Both the position numbers and the translations under genes were made by a program. Shown piece by piece: positions 46,432-55,733 of a stretch of 64,000 bases of DNA. Every line of letters starts with the position of its first letter. Position 1 is the stretch's first letter. Source of the stretch: a virus; the IMG/VR virus record IMGVR_UViG_3300048620_000017, positions 6,005 through 70,004 of that record; one strand, given 5' to 3'. The notes beneath the pieces are model-generated. The model saw only the letters and a list, made by a program, of their open reading frames with translations. It did not search any database and was not told where the DNA came from.

Positions 46432-47361
46432 TCAACCCCGATCTGCCGAAGCAGTTCCCATTCTTGATACAGATGGTGCCAAATTGGTTACATTATTGGC
46501 AAGCGAAAGGTCGGCCGGCCACCGTGTTTTCCGCAACAATCGCCTACTTTTGATGGCCGACTGAACGCCTGGCTCGCCAAACTCTCGGCGGATAGATCCC
46601 ATCCATTCGCGCCATTCAGGCCGCTCAGTCGTGATGATGAAATATCCCTTCGCGTCGATCTCGGGAGCGTCGTGGAATTCGGCCCACGCCCCATCGCGAA
46701 GAAACAGGATCATCCGCACCGGCTTATTCCGTCTCAGCATGGCGGTCCGATAGGGCTCGGCAGCGCTCAGGACCTTCTTCCGGTCAGCCTCGTCAAGTTT
46801 GCAGAACAGCCTTGCTGCGGCCTCGCGGTTGTCTGGGCGGCATTGCTCCGGCCATGCTGACCACAAGATATCGAAATCCTTCCCCCCTTCGCGCGCCAGC
46901 GCGCCATGGTGGGTTTTTGTTTTTGAATCAGTTCTTACTAATCCGTCCTGATTTGCCGTATCCGGCTCAGCCGTGTCTGGCTTTTCAGGAAGTAGCTCTG
47001 CCACTTCCGTGTTTTCAGTAAGTGGCTCATCCACTTCCGTCTTTTCAGGAAATGGCAATTGGTCTGGGACAGCATCATCATAGACGACATAGTCGTGAGA
47101 AACGATCCTGGCCTGCTCATCGCGCTTGATAGTGACCTTGATGTAACCAGCGTCTTTCAGCTCATTCAGGATCCGGTAAACCTTGTCGCGGCCAATGCCG
47201 CCAGCCTTCTGAATATCGGCTATCTGGACCTGCCAGTTGTGCGGCTTCGCTAGGAGATAGCAGAGCACCCCCCTCGCCTCGAAGGATATGCGGCTGTCTT
47301 CGGCTACAGCATTCGGAATGATGGCAAACCGATCGCTCCTGCGACGAGTGACGACGGTCAT
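46432..47361 (-). CDS. Replication initiator protein (N-terminal winged HTH)
   Basis: FAIIPN...DSRISFEARGVLCYLL...GRDKVYRILNELKDAGYI; internal iterons. Confidence 0.85.
   Translation of the reverse strand: MTVVTRRRSDRFAIIPNAVAEDSRISFEARGVLCYLLAKPHNWQVQIADIQKAGGIGRDKVYRILNELKDAGYIKVTIKRDEQARIVSHDYVVYDDAVPDQLPFPEKTEVDEPLTENTEVAELLPEKPDTAEPDTANQDGLVRTDSKTKTHHGALAREGGKDFDILWSAWPEQCRPDNREAAARLFCKLDEADRKKVLSAAEPYRTAMLRRNKPVRMILFLRDGAWAEFHDAPEIDAKGYFIITTERPEWREWMGSIRREFGEPGVQSAIKSRRLLRKTRWPADLSLANNVTNLAPSVSRMGTASADRG
46474..46492. promoter_or_regulatory. Operator TGGTGCCA-AAT-TGGTTACA inside initiator CDS
   Basis: Same half-sites as the operator at 21267. Confidence 0.7.
46911..47056. repeat. Putative replication origin: 30-bp-period iterons plus AT-rich flank
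   Basis: (C/G)TTTTCAG(G/T)AA units at 46981, 47011 and 47041; T-rich 46911-46940. Confidence 0.78.
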
Positions 47362-47816
47362 GCGGCGATCCTCGAACCCTTCCTGACATTGCAGGGTTTG
47401 CAAAGGCAGCGCAGATTGCCCAGTTCGATGGTTCCTCCCTTCGATTCCGGGAAAATATGGTCAACCTGCAGGTTGCGATGGTCTCCGCATTCCTGGCAGC
47501 GATATTGGTCCCGCTCAAGCACCTGTCTGCGCACCTTGGAAGGAATTGGCTGTTTGCCCGCCTTTTTTCGACGATCGCGCTCCGCCCAGTAGGCGTCATA
47601 CTCGCCCTTCGGAGCAAAGCGAGAATCTGGCTCGCCGGAATGTTTCATGATGAAGGCATGCGCGAGCTTTTTCACGCAGGTGGAGCAGACGCAACACTCC
47701 TCATATTCGCTTTCGACGAAACCAGGTTGGTCGCATATTTTGCAGACAAAGCGCGCGAAACCATCGCGCCCATAGAGCGCGATAGCTTCGGCGTTCAGAT
47801 AGTTCAAGCTGGTCAT
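47358..47816 (-). CDS. HNH endonuclease with N-terminal Cys cluster
   Basis: RDQYRCQECG...VDHIFPESKGG...NLRCLCKPCN. Confidence 0.9.
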   Translation of the reverse strand: MTSLNYLNAEAIALYGRDGFARFVCKICDQPGFVESEYEECCVCSTCVKKLAHAFIMKHSGEPDSRFAPKGEYDAYWAERDRRKKAGKQPIPSKVRRQVLERDQYRCQECGDHRNLQVDHIFPESKGGTIELGNLRCLCKPCNVRKGSRIAA

Positions 47817-47873
47817 GTCGCTCTCTCAACTGTGAGGAGCGGCAATCCTACGAATTACAAATGGTATTGCCGT

Positions 47874-48104
47874 TCAATGCTTTAGTTCAGTTTCAAATCC
47901 GATCGAGGCAATGACTGCTGAAAGGATTTCTCTCGTCCTGGCTGGACCGGCCGATTCTTGCAGGTATGCCGCCGCTGCTACCAGATGAATAGTAGCGGCA
48001 CGGTCAGCCGCACTTGTGCCATCGTTCATGGCTTTCATGCAAAAATCGGCCATCACGGTCTTTATTTCCCTATCCCGTGTTGATCCGTCGTCTACTTCTT
48101 TCAC
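47874..48104 (-). CDS. Hypothetical protein in an AT-richer patch
   Basis: ORF track only. Confidence 0.45.
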   Translation of the reverse strand: MKEVDDGSTRDREIKTVMADFCMKAMNDGTSAADRAATIHLVAAAAYLQESAGPARTREILSAVIASIGFETELKH

Positions 48105-48207
48105 TACTAGGCCTCCCTATAATGTTTCGTACCTGAAACATTTGCCGCGTAAGGATGAAGCCAAGTCGACATCGAATGAAATCACGACTCGGAAACCGTG
48201 GCACAAG

Positions 48208-48789
48208 TCAGCCTTGATCTCTGGCCTTATCGGAAAACTCCAACGCTTCAGCGGTCAGTTCCGGGCCAAGCAGCGAACGAAGATCGCGCAGCTCGAAAAG
48301 ATCAACACGAGCGACTTCCTTGGCGTAAATTCCCCTTACGCGGCGGCGTGTCCATGCTGGATTCCGCTCATTGAGAAGGCGGTAGACCTCTGAAATTGCG
48401 CGACCGATCGTCATGGCAGGGAGCGTCGCTATCACGTCGTCAAGTGCCGCACGGGCGATCTGGCGATCTTCGTCGAGTGGGCTTAGAGGCATGCTCTCGA
48501 TCGCCTTCAACCTACCCCAGAAACGGCGCGCACCCGCGAGATGGCCTAACGCAGCGATCGCTCTATTGATTGAAGCAGAAGGCTTGAACCATTCGCCATC
48601 AATGCGGTCCTCATCAAACAACAAGTGAAGTAGAGCTTCCGTCTGTATGTCGCCAGGGCATTGAGCTAGGAGCTCAATACCGCCATCGATTTCCGTTGCG
48701 ATGCAGGAAAGACGCTTGTTCAAATTGTCGGCAACGCCAATTTTGATCCTATCGGCATCGCCAATGGCGCGAATGAAATAAACGGTCAT
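48208..48789 (-). CDS. GIY-YIG (T5orf172-like) domain fused to a CII-like domain
   Basis: VYFIRA...IKIGVADN...RL...EALLH...GEWF; C-terminal WTRRRVR...ELRDL. Confidence 0.8.
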   Translation of the reverse strand: MTVYFIRAIGDADRIKIGVADNLNKRLSCIATEIDGGIELLAQCPGDIQTEALLHLLFDEDRIDGEWFKPSASINRAIAALGHLAGARRFWGRLKAIESMPLSPLDEDRQIARAALDDVIATLPAMTIGRAISEVYRLLNERNPAWTRRRVRGIYAKEVARVDLFELRDLRSLLGPELTAEALEFSDKARDQG

Positions 48790-48792
48790 CAT

Positions 48793-49185
48793 TCATCCCT
48801 CAGTTCGGGTGCCAGCCAAAGCGCGATAGAACGAGCGAAACGCATCAATGAACGGGCGATGGAAATCCGAATCCGGGCCCGCAAGGAGCGCGTCGGCGCG
48901 GGCGATGTATCTGTCGAGTTCCTTGAGTTCTTCTCGGCCATAGCGAAGTCCTGTGATTTCTTCGAGATCGCGGATTTCGTCCGCATTCGGGCTTATGCGT
49001 GGATCAGCGTACCAGGCGTCTCTGACGCGGTTTGCCGACCAGCCACGACGATTTAGGACTACCCTCGCGTAGCGGAGGCGCTCCTTGACGCTGCCATAGC
49101 TCTTTGGAGCAATGCGCTCCCGAAGCGCGAACTGCGCAAACTCAACACTCGACATTTTGGATTTCTCCGACAGCTTTTCGGACAT
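48793..49185 (-). CDS. CII-like regulator
   Basis: Downstream of cro; GWSANRVRDAWYAD motif. Confidence 0.65.
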   Translation of the reverse strand: MSEKLSEKSKMSSVEFAQFALRERIAPKSYGSVKERLRYARVVLNRRGWSANRVRDAWYADPRISPNADEIRDLEEITGLRYGREELKELDRYIARADALLAGPDSDFHRPFIDAFRSFYRALAGTRTEG

Positions 49186-49466
49186 TTCCGATTTTCCTTC
49201 CACTACCTCTGTGTCCGTCAGAGGCAGCAACTAAGCCGAAAGGTCGGCGGAATGGGCCGGATGATTGGATGGACTGAACAAGACGCGAAGGACGCAGCTC
49301 GACTCCTGGAAAGATTGGAGCAGCGTTCGAAACGAAGAGCCGGCCTGATACCGGCACAAGATTCCCGGGCGCCGGTTCCTGCGTCGAACCGGGAAGGCGC
49401 GGAGACGATGCCGAGCGGCGAGGCCGCCATGCTCGATGTGTCGTCTCCGCTTTCAGATCAACTTCG

Positions 49467-49703
49467 TTAGGCCGAAGCCTGTCGCTTCGCAACGACATCA
49501 GCAGCCTCCTTGCCCAACCAATCGTTTGCTGTCACCGCGCCGTCGGTCATAATGACGATGCGATCGAGAAACGGCTGGTCGGGCATACGACCAGCCTCGT
49601 AGCGAAATACGGTCTGCCGGGCGCACCCGATGCGCTCGCCGACCTCGGAAGGCGTCAGTTCGCTTCCAAGACGCCAGCTTTTCAAGGGATGACAATCTTC
49701 CAT
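49467..49703 (-). CDS. Cro-like HTH protein
   Basis: HPLKSWR...SEVGERIGCARQTVFRYEAG...TDGAVTAND; divergent from cI. Confidence 0.88.
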   Translation of the reverse strand: MEDCHPLKSWRLGSELTPSEVGERIGCARQTVFRYEAGRMPDQPFLDRIVIMTDGAVTANDWLGKEAADVVAKRQASA

Positions 49704-49713
49704 GCGCCGGATT

Positions 49714-49761
49714 TGGCACCATTCTGGTTACACGTCAAGGATTGTAACCAGTTTGGCGCAG
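49714..49761. promoter_or_regulatory. OR-like tandem operators between cro and cI
   Basis: TGGCACCA-TTC-TGGTTACA (49714-49732) and TGTAACCA-GTT-TGGCGCAG (49743-49761). Confidence 0.82.
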
Positions 49762-49796
49762 TTTCGCTGTGAATTATTTTGCGCTACCGCCGTCAT

Positions 49797-50393
49797 ATGA
49801 AGAACGGTATCAAGCTTTTCCGCGAGAAGGCTGGGCTCAGCAAAGCCGAGCTGGCGCGCCGCATTGGCACTAACCGCCAGCAATTGGGGCGCCTTGAAGA
49901 AGGCGAGCGAAAGCTGTCGAAGGAATGGGCCACGAAGATCGCCACCGTGCTCAAATGCACCCCGCAAGATCTCTTATTTCCTGAGCTTGCACGTATCGAC
50001 ACCACCCGCTTCAACAATGTGTTCGAGATCGCGAGCGGCACGGGAAGCCCCCCGGAATCGCCCGGTCTTGCCATCGAGAACGAGTTCCTGGCGCGGATGC
50101 TACCTAATGCAACCCGTCACAATCTGCGGTTCATGATGGTCGATGCCTATCAGGCAAACAGCATCGTCACCAAAGGTGATGCGCTTGTCATCGACATGGA
50201 CGACAACGAACCGAATCGACCGGGCCTTTACGCCCTCGATATCGCCGGCGTGGTGCAGTGGAGATACCTTTCGCCCACCACTGCCGGGCTCATACAGGTG
50301 CACAGCGAAAACCCGGCTGGAGCCGGCGAAACCGTCAAACCCACGGAATTGAAGGTCATTGGGCGTGCTAGGCTGAGGATATCCACACTCTGA
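49797..50393 (+). CDS. CI-like repressor (XRE HTH + degenerate S24 domain)
   Basis: IKLFREKAGLSKAELARRIG...; C-domain has GD..VID and SENP but lacks GDSM and VKR. Confidence 0.9.
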   Translation: MKNGIKLFREKAGLSKAELARRIGTNRQQLGRLEEGERKLSKEWATKIATVLKCTPQDLLFPELARIDTTRFNNVFEIASGTGSPPESPGLAIENEFLARMLPNATRHNLRFMMVDAYQANSIVTKGDALVIDMDDNEPNRPGLYALDIAGVVQWRYLSPTTAGLIQVHSENPAGAGETVKPTELKVIGRARLRISTL

Positions 50394-50414
50394 TCGCCTT
50401 TTTTTTGCGTAGGG

Positions 50415-50463
50415 TGTAACCAAATCGGCAACCCCTCTTGCAATACGCACCAAATTGGTTACA
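50415..50463. promoter_or_regulatory. OL-like tandem operators
   Basis: TGTAACCA-AAT-CGGCAACC (50415-50433) and ACGCACCA-AAT-TGGTTACA (50445-50463); a further site at 50669-50687. Confidence 0.8.
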
Positions 50464-50713
50464 GTCCTTCCTACGCAGAAGGATCGCTGACCGATGGCCC
50501 CAGTCCCCCTGGTTGTAGTCCCCCATCATCGCTCGCGGTCATGTGACGAGTATCTGCGTGTTCCCGGCCGGGCTGGTGTCACCCCCCACCCCCTCGCCCA
50601 CCGCCAGCTCGGCCGGGTTCTTCCATAAGCAGTCAACGGCACCCGCGACCGCATTGTCGTGCTCGTTTTGGTGCCAAAATGGTTTCACGTGTGACCGAAA
50701 AGGAAGCAGTTCG

Positions 50714-51781
50714 ATGACGGACCAGTATGACTGGTGGAGACAGGCAAAGAAGATTTCGGGCGGCCGTGAACTCACACGCGACCAGCTCGCCCTGCTCGGC
50801 GTCTCCGAGGATCACCCAGAGTCAGGATTTTTCAGGAACCGTCCGTTCAAGGACGCGCCGCTGATTCCCGTCGCCATCTGGCGTGATGCATCGGGCACGA
50901 TCATCTGCTTGCAGGGCGGCGAGGAAGCCGACGCGTTGCGCGTCTGGAGCTATGCCTGCCACTGGCCGATCGATGAAGATCTCTATCACTCGGTTCTGGC
51001 GGGGGGCACCTGGCCCGACGAGCCGCCTTCCGTTTCGAAGGAACACAACTTGCCGGCCAAGACCGGCGACGTCCACAAGGATCTCGCAGCTGAGCTTGCT
51101 GCCGAAAAAGAGATCGCATCGTCCTTCCTCAAGAAGCCCATCGCCACTCAGCAGCAGGCCGACCAGGCTGCCGTTTGGGCGAAGAAGGTCGCGGCGATCG
51201 CCAAGAAGGCCGATGAGCTATTCACGGTCGAGAAGCGGCCATGGCTCGATGGCGGCAACGCCGTCGACGACAAATGGCGCGACTTGCGCACGGATGCCAC
51301 CAAGCTCGCCAAAGACCTGAAAAAGGTCGGCGAGGCCTGGCTCAAAGAACTGGATCGGCTGGAGACCATCCGACAGCAGGAAGCGCGGGACAAGGCCGAT
51401 CGGATCAGACGAGAAGCCGAGGACGCACAGCGCGCGGCAGAAGCGGCTAAAGCCGCCAGTGAGACCACCGCTTCGGCCGGTGTCGCTTCGACGTTTAGCG
51501 AGGAAGCCGAGCGGGAAGCCGATCGCCTCGCCCAAAAAGCCGCCGACGCTGAGCGCGAGGCCCAGGCCCGCCCTGTCTTCTCCGGCAGGACCGGCGCCAA
51601 GGTGTCGCTGACCACCTTCTATGTCGCGAAAATCACCGACTACGACGCCCTGCTCCAGGCCGTGAAGAACGATCCCGAAGTTCGGGAAGCCGTCGAGAAG
51701 GTCGCCGGGCGCATCGCCCGCAACAAAGACGCCATCGTGCCAGCCGGCATGGAGCGGGTTCCAGACAAGAGGGCAGCATGA
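50714..51781 (+). CDS. Coiled-coil early protein (recombination module)
   Basis: Long A/E/K helical region with EKRPWLDGG..VD..WR; precedes the SSAP. Confidence 0.65.
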   Translation: MTDQYDWWRQAKKISGGRELTRDQLALLGVSEDHPESGFFRNRPFKDAPLIPVAIWRDASGTIICLQGGEEADALRVWSYACHWPIDEDLYHSVLAGGTWPDEPPSVSKEHNLPAKTGDVHKDLAAELAAEKEIASSFLKKPIATQQQADQAAVWAKKVAAIAKKADELFTVEKRPWLDGGNAVDDKWRDLRTDATKLAKDLKKVGEAWLKELDRLETIRQQEARDKADRIRREAEDAQRAAEAAKAASETTASAGVASTFSEEAEREADRLAQKAADAEREAQARPVFSGRTGAKVSLTTFYVAKITDYDALLQAVKNDPEVREAVEKVAGRIARNKDAIVPAGMERVPDKRAA

Positions 51782-52089
51782 CCGACCAAAAGATCGTCGC
51801 CGTGAAATTCGGCGAGAGCGACAAGACCTATGACTATTTCGCCGGTGCTTTCGACGTCGCCATCGGCCAGCGGGTCATGATCCCGATGCGCGGCCGCGAG
51901 GTCAGCGTCACGGTTGTGGAGGTCAAGGACCAATCCGAGGCGGCCAAGGTCACGATCCTGCGCCTCGACGTCCGGACCGACGAGCAGCGCCAGCAGAAGT
52001 ACCCGAACGGCGCGCACAAATGGTCGCCCGACGGGACGCTGCTCGACGAGCACGGCAACCGATCCGTCTTCGACGACGTGGACCAGTAG
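51778..52089 (+). CDS. Hypothetical protein
   Basis: VKFGESDKTYDYF; ATGA-coupled. Confidence 0.6.
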   Translation: MTDQKIVAVKFGESDKTYDYFAGAFDVAIGQRVMIPMRGREVSVTVVEVKDQSEAAKVTILRLDVRTDEQRQQKYPNGAHKWSPDGTLLDEHGNRSVFDDVDQ

Positions 52090-52098
52090 GAGATCACC

Positions 52099-53244
52099 AT
52101 GAACGAACGAGCAGTTCCTGCCCTGATGGTGGGCGGCGCTATCAGCGCCATCATCCCTCAGTCGATCGAGGAAACGTGGCGCCTCTCGACCATGATCGTC
52201 GAGGCCGGGCTGGCGCCGCAGGCTCTTGTCGGTCGAGAGCCGGCCGAAGATGCAGGCGACGAAGCCTGGAAGCGTTGGGGCAAGAAGGGCACGAGCGCGG
52301 TCGCCATTGTCATGATGTCGGGTGCAGAGCTTGGCCTGCCGCCTATGGTGGCGTTGCGATCATTCACCGTCATCGGCGGTAAGCCAGCGCTCTACGGCGA
52401 TGGACTGATTAATGTCGTAAGACGGTCGAACAAGGCCGCTTACTTGCGAACCGGCTTTGCTAAGGACGACATCGAGATCATGCGTCGTGCCGGCGTTCTC
52501 CCGACCGCACAAGACGAGGAGCGCAATCCCGGTGTCACTCAGCAGGCTTTGGCAAGGCTCAGCCTTGACGAGCGAACTTTCGGTTGGTGCTCTGCAAAAC
52601 GTGCCGACAATGGTGAAGAAAAGACCGTGCTGTTCTCCATTGCCGCTGCGAAGCTCGCTGGCCTGTGGGACGACCGCCCGACCCGCCGAGGCAAGATCTG
52701 GAAGAATGGGAAACAGGAGTGGGGCGACGTCCCGAACGACTCCACTTGGCACCGCTACTCTCAGCGCATGCAGGCTTGGCGAGCAGCCGGCTTCTGCCTG
52801 CGCGAACTGTTCGCCGATGTCCTCGGCGGCATCCGCGACGAGTTCGAGGCTCGCGAGATCGCCGGCGAGTTGATCGAGCACAGTGACGAACCCGTTGTCG
52901 CCAAGAAGCTCAGCCCGCCATCACCTCCCAAGCCGCCGAGCCCGGATGCGCCAATCGACACGATTCCCGACAACGGCTTCGACAAGGATCTCAACGACGT
53001 TCGCGACGGCGATGTGGTGGAAGACGGGGAGCAAGGCGAGGAAGGCGAGCCGTTCGATTTTGGCCAGTTCTTCGAATCCTTCCAGATCGCCCTGGCCGGC
53101 GCAAAGGATGAAGCCCAGGTCGAGGAAATCTGGAGCGAGTTCGACGTGGAAGCACGGTTCCAGGACGACGCAGACAGCCGCCAGCTGGCTGACCGGATTA
53201 AAGAGCGGCGGCTGGCCGCGCTCAACCCTTTGGCGAGCGGTTGA
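52099..53244 (+). CDS. recT: RecT/Redbeta-like single-strand annealing protein
   Basis: GAELGLPPMVAL...IGGKPALYGD...WHRYSQRM..WRA...LR..FADVLGG; acidic C-tail. Confidence 0.82.
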   Translation: MNERAVPALMVGGAISAIIPQSIEETWRLSTMIVEAGLAPQALVGREPAEDAGDEAWKRWGKKGTSAVAIVMMSGAELGLPPMVALRSFTVIGGKPALYGDGLINVVRRSNKAAYLRTGFAKDDIEIMRRAGVLPTAQDEERNPGVTQQALARLSLDERTFGWCSAKRADNGEEKTVLFSIAAAKLAGLWDDRPTRRGKIWKNGKQEWGDVPNDSTWHRYSQRMQAWRAAGFCLRELFADVLGGIRDEFEAREIAGELIEHSDEPVVAKKLSPPSPPKPPSPDAPIDTIPDNGFDKDLNDVRDGDVVEDGEQGEEGEPFDFGQFFESFQIALAGAKDEAQVEEIWSEFDVEARFQDDADSRQLADRIKERRLAALNPLASG

Positions 53245-53246
53245 CC

Positions 53247-53675
53247 ATGGCCGGCCGCATCGCAACCCTTCCCGACCACGGCGCGCCAGTGCTCGGGCCG
53301 CCGGTGAAATGGCGGCCGCGCCCGCTGACGATCAAGGAAAAACTGGAGATCGTCGTGCGCCAGAACGGCAAGGAACCAAGCGGCGCGCGGCTCAACCCGC
53401 TCGACGGCGTCCAGTTCGACCATGATCCAGCGCTACAGCGCCGCCGCTGGAGCGCCGAGGACCTGGACACGATCCCGCCTTCATGCGCGCTGGACTTCAT
53501 AGTCGCGCTGAACAAGCCGACCCACGGCACCAAGACGGCCAAAGTCGACGTACCCGAGATCGCCAAGCTCAAGCGCCTGGAAGGGCGCACCGGTCAGAAA
53601 AAGGTCAAGCGCAAGATCCCCGGACAGAAGTTGCAATCGAGGCCCTTCCCGAAATTGAACCGGGGGTTCCGATGA
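53247..53675 (+). CDS. HNH-like protein
   Basis: QFDHDPAL...THGTKT...AK.KR pattern. Confidence 0.6.
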   Translation: MAGRIATLPDHGAPVLGPPVKWRPRPLTIKEKLEIVVRQNGKEPSGARLNPLDGVQFDHDPALQRRRWSAEDLDTIPPSCALDFIVALNKPTHGTKTAKVDVPEIAKLKRLEGRTGQKKVKRKIPGQKLQSRPFPKLNRGFR

Positions 53676-53929
53676 CGCGGTCCAGCTACTCCGAGCATGC
53701 CGTGACCACCGGTTTCGTGTTCATCACCGACAACTGCCGACCGGGCGCGCGGAGCGTCACAAACGACGCCGAGCGCGTCGTGCAGGAGTGTCTCGGCATC
53801 TACGGCGAGCGCCGCATCATCTACCGCGACAGTGAGGGCGTGTGGGGCGAGCTGCTCCACACCGGCATCCAGTTTCGGGGCTTCGCACCATTCGACGGCG
53901 AGGTACCTGGTCAAGAGAGGGCAGCATGA
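53672..53929 (+). CDS. Hypothetical protein
   Basis: SVTNDAERVV...IYRDSEG.W. Confidence 0.65.
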   Translation: MTRSSYSEHAVTTGFVFITDNCRPGARSVTNDAERVVQECLGIYGERRIIYRDSEGVWGELLHTGIQFRGFAPFDGEVPGQERAA

Positions 53930-54261
53930 GCGACAGCTTTTTCACGACGCGCACAAGCGCTGATCTGCAATTCGATGACATCAATGTCATCACCTGCCAG
54001 ACCTATCTGGACGCCTGTGTTCGTCGCATCGCGAAGCTGGAAGGTCCGCTCGGAGCCGCGAAGCGTACCCAGCGCCTCGCCGACATCTGCGCCGGCGCCT
54101 ACGTGCTGCCGATCGAGCATTGGCAGAAGATCGAGCCTTCTAAAGCTCCCGTGGCGCCAGCCGCGACAACCATGCGCAAGCGCTTCTTCGATTTCATCGG
54201 CGGTCCGACCGGCAATTATTTGATCGGCTTCGTCACCGGCTATCTGATTGGGAGGTCCTGA
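53926..54261 (+). CDS. Hypothetical protein with C-terminal hydrophobic segment
   Basis: ATGA-coupled. Confidence 0.6.
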   Translation: MSDSFFTTRTSADLQFDDINVITCQTYLDACVRRIAKLEGPLGAAKRTQRLADICAGAYVLPIEHWQKIEPSKAPVAPAATTMRKRFFDFIGGPTGNYLIGFVTGYLIGRS

Positions 54262-54262
54262 C

Positions 54263-54721
54263 ATGGCCTTCGGCGTTAATCCGGAGACTGGCAGACCAGG
54301 GCCGGCTCCTAAGCCGGGACGGGACGACGATCGGGTCCAAGCTCGGGCGCGGGTGAATGAAGCCGTCAAGAATGGGCGCATGCCGCATCCGAATTCTCTG
54401 CCCTGCGCCGACTGCGGGCACGTTTGGTCTCCAGCCGAACGACGGCATGAATACGATCACTATCTCGGCTACTCGGCGAAGCACCAATTAGATGTCGAGC
54501 CCGTCTGTACCCAATGCCATGTGAAGCGCGACAGCGCCAAGGCGAAGCAGACCCACTGCGGCCAAGGCCACGAGTTCACGGCAGAGAACACGACGATCAA
54601 GGTGAACGGCACCCGCGAATGCAGAGCCTGCCGGAAGGTATGGGACAGCAATCAGCATCGCGGTCGTGACGCTGCCTACTGGCGTGCATACCGCGCGGAA
54701 AGGAAGGCCCGTCATGGGTGA
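54263..54721 (+). CDS. HNH-like / zinc-finger protein
   Basis: CADC..HEYDH..CTQCH and THCGQGHEFTAENT...RECRAC. Confidence 0.72.
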   Translation: MAFGVNPETGRPGPAPKPGRDDDRVQARARVNEAVKNGRMPHPNSLPCADCGHVWSPAERRHEYDHYLGYSAKHQLDVEPVCTQCHVKRDSAKAKQTHCGQGHEFTAENTTIKVNGTRECRACRKVWDSNQHRGRDAAYWRAYRAERKARHG

Positions 54722-55733
54722 GACCACGAGCATCAGTTGGTGCGACAAAACTTTCAACGGTTGGTTGGGCTGCATGAAGGTATCGCCCGCGTGCGACGGC
54801 TGCTACGCCGAGGCGCTGATGGACAAGCGCTATGGCCGCGTCCAGTGGGGCGCACCCGGCCATGGTCCTGGCACGCGCGTCCGGACTTCGGGCAGCAATT
54901 GGCAGCAGCCGATCCGCTGGAACAAGAAGGCCGCCGCCGAAGGCACCCGTCCGTTCGTTTTCTGCTCGAGCCTCGCCGACGTCTTCGACAACCAGGTTTC
55001 GCACCAGTGGCGGCGAGACCTTTTCGACCTCATCCGGTCGACGCCGAACTTGGTCTGGCTTCTCCTGACCAAGCGACCGCAGTTGATAGGTCGCTTGTAC
55101 GAGGAGGCTCAGCGCATCAATGACGGTGGCACTCGCTGGACGTCAGATCTTCCGCGAGAGCGAGCGATGTGGCCGCGCAACGCGGCGATCGGCACGACGG
55201 TTGAAGATCAGGACCGGGCCATCAATCTGTTTCGGCTCGCTGCGGCTGCACGAGACCTGAAACCGCTATTCACCTTCGCGAGCTTTGAGCCTTTGCTTGG
55301 TCCGGTCGACCCAACGCGCATCGTCGTCCACGAAGGTGGGGCGACCTTCTACAACGATCCGGAAATCGAGCACGCCAGCATTCTGTTCAATGCGCTGCTG
55401 GGAGCACCTTCGTTGAAATTGCCGCCGCTCGGCTGGGCGATCACGGGCGGCGAGACAGACCAGGGCGGTCACAAGGCGCGCCCGACGCATCCTGACTGGT
55501 TCCGCAGCCTTCGCGACCAGTGCGCCGCCGCCAGCGTCGCCTACCACCATAAGCAGAATGGCGAGTGGCTGCACGAAGATCAATCCGGCCATGTCTGGTT
55601 GCCGAGCGAGCGATCCATTCGAGGCATCCACCCATGGCCGGATGAGACTGCATCTGCGCTCATCGGCAAGAACCGCACAGGCCGGCTCCTCGACGGCGTC
55701 GAGCACAACGCCCGCCCGCAGGTGGCGGCATGA
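54714..55733 (+). CDS. Phage Gp37/Gp68 (DUF5131-like) protein
   Basis: TSISWCDKTFN..GC..SPACDGCYAE, SLADVF, LLTKRP, ITGGETD. Confidence 0.88.
   Translation: MGETTSISWCDKTFNGWLGCMKVSPACDGCYAEALMDKRYGRVQWGAPGHGPGTRVRTSGSNWQQPIRWNKKAAAEGTRPFVFCSSLADVFDNQVSHQWRRDLFDLIRSTPNLVWLLLTKRPQLIGRLYEEAQRINDGGTRWTSDLPRERAMWPRNAAIGTTVEDQDRAINLFRLAAAARDLKPLFTFASFEPLLGPVDPTRIVVHEGGATFYNDPEIEHASILFNALLGAPSLKLPPLGWAITGGETDQGGHKARPTHPDWFRSLRDQCAAASVAYHHKQNGEWLHEDQSGHVWLPSERSIRGIHPWPDETASALIGKNRTGRLLDGVEHNARPQVAA

Noticed and set aside
46981-47056. 30-bp periodic repeats as a CRISPR array
   Set aside because: No unique spacers or cas genes; in-frame within the initiator gene, which fits iterons
48789-48986. 65-aa ORF overlapping the CII-like gene
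   Set aside because: Almost fully nested in another frame; only a short 3' part could be real, which is insufficient evidence
49252-49470. 72-aa plus-strand ORF between cro and the CII-like gene
   Set aside because: Antisense to the early operon, no clear RBS or motif; cannot be supported
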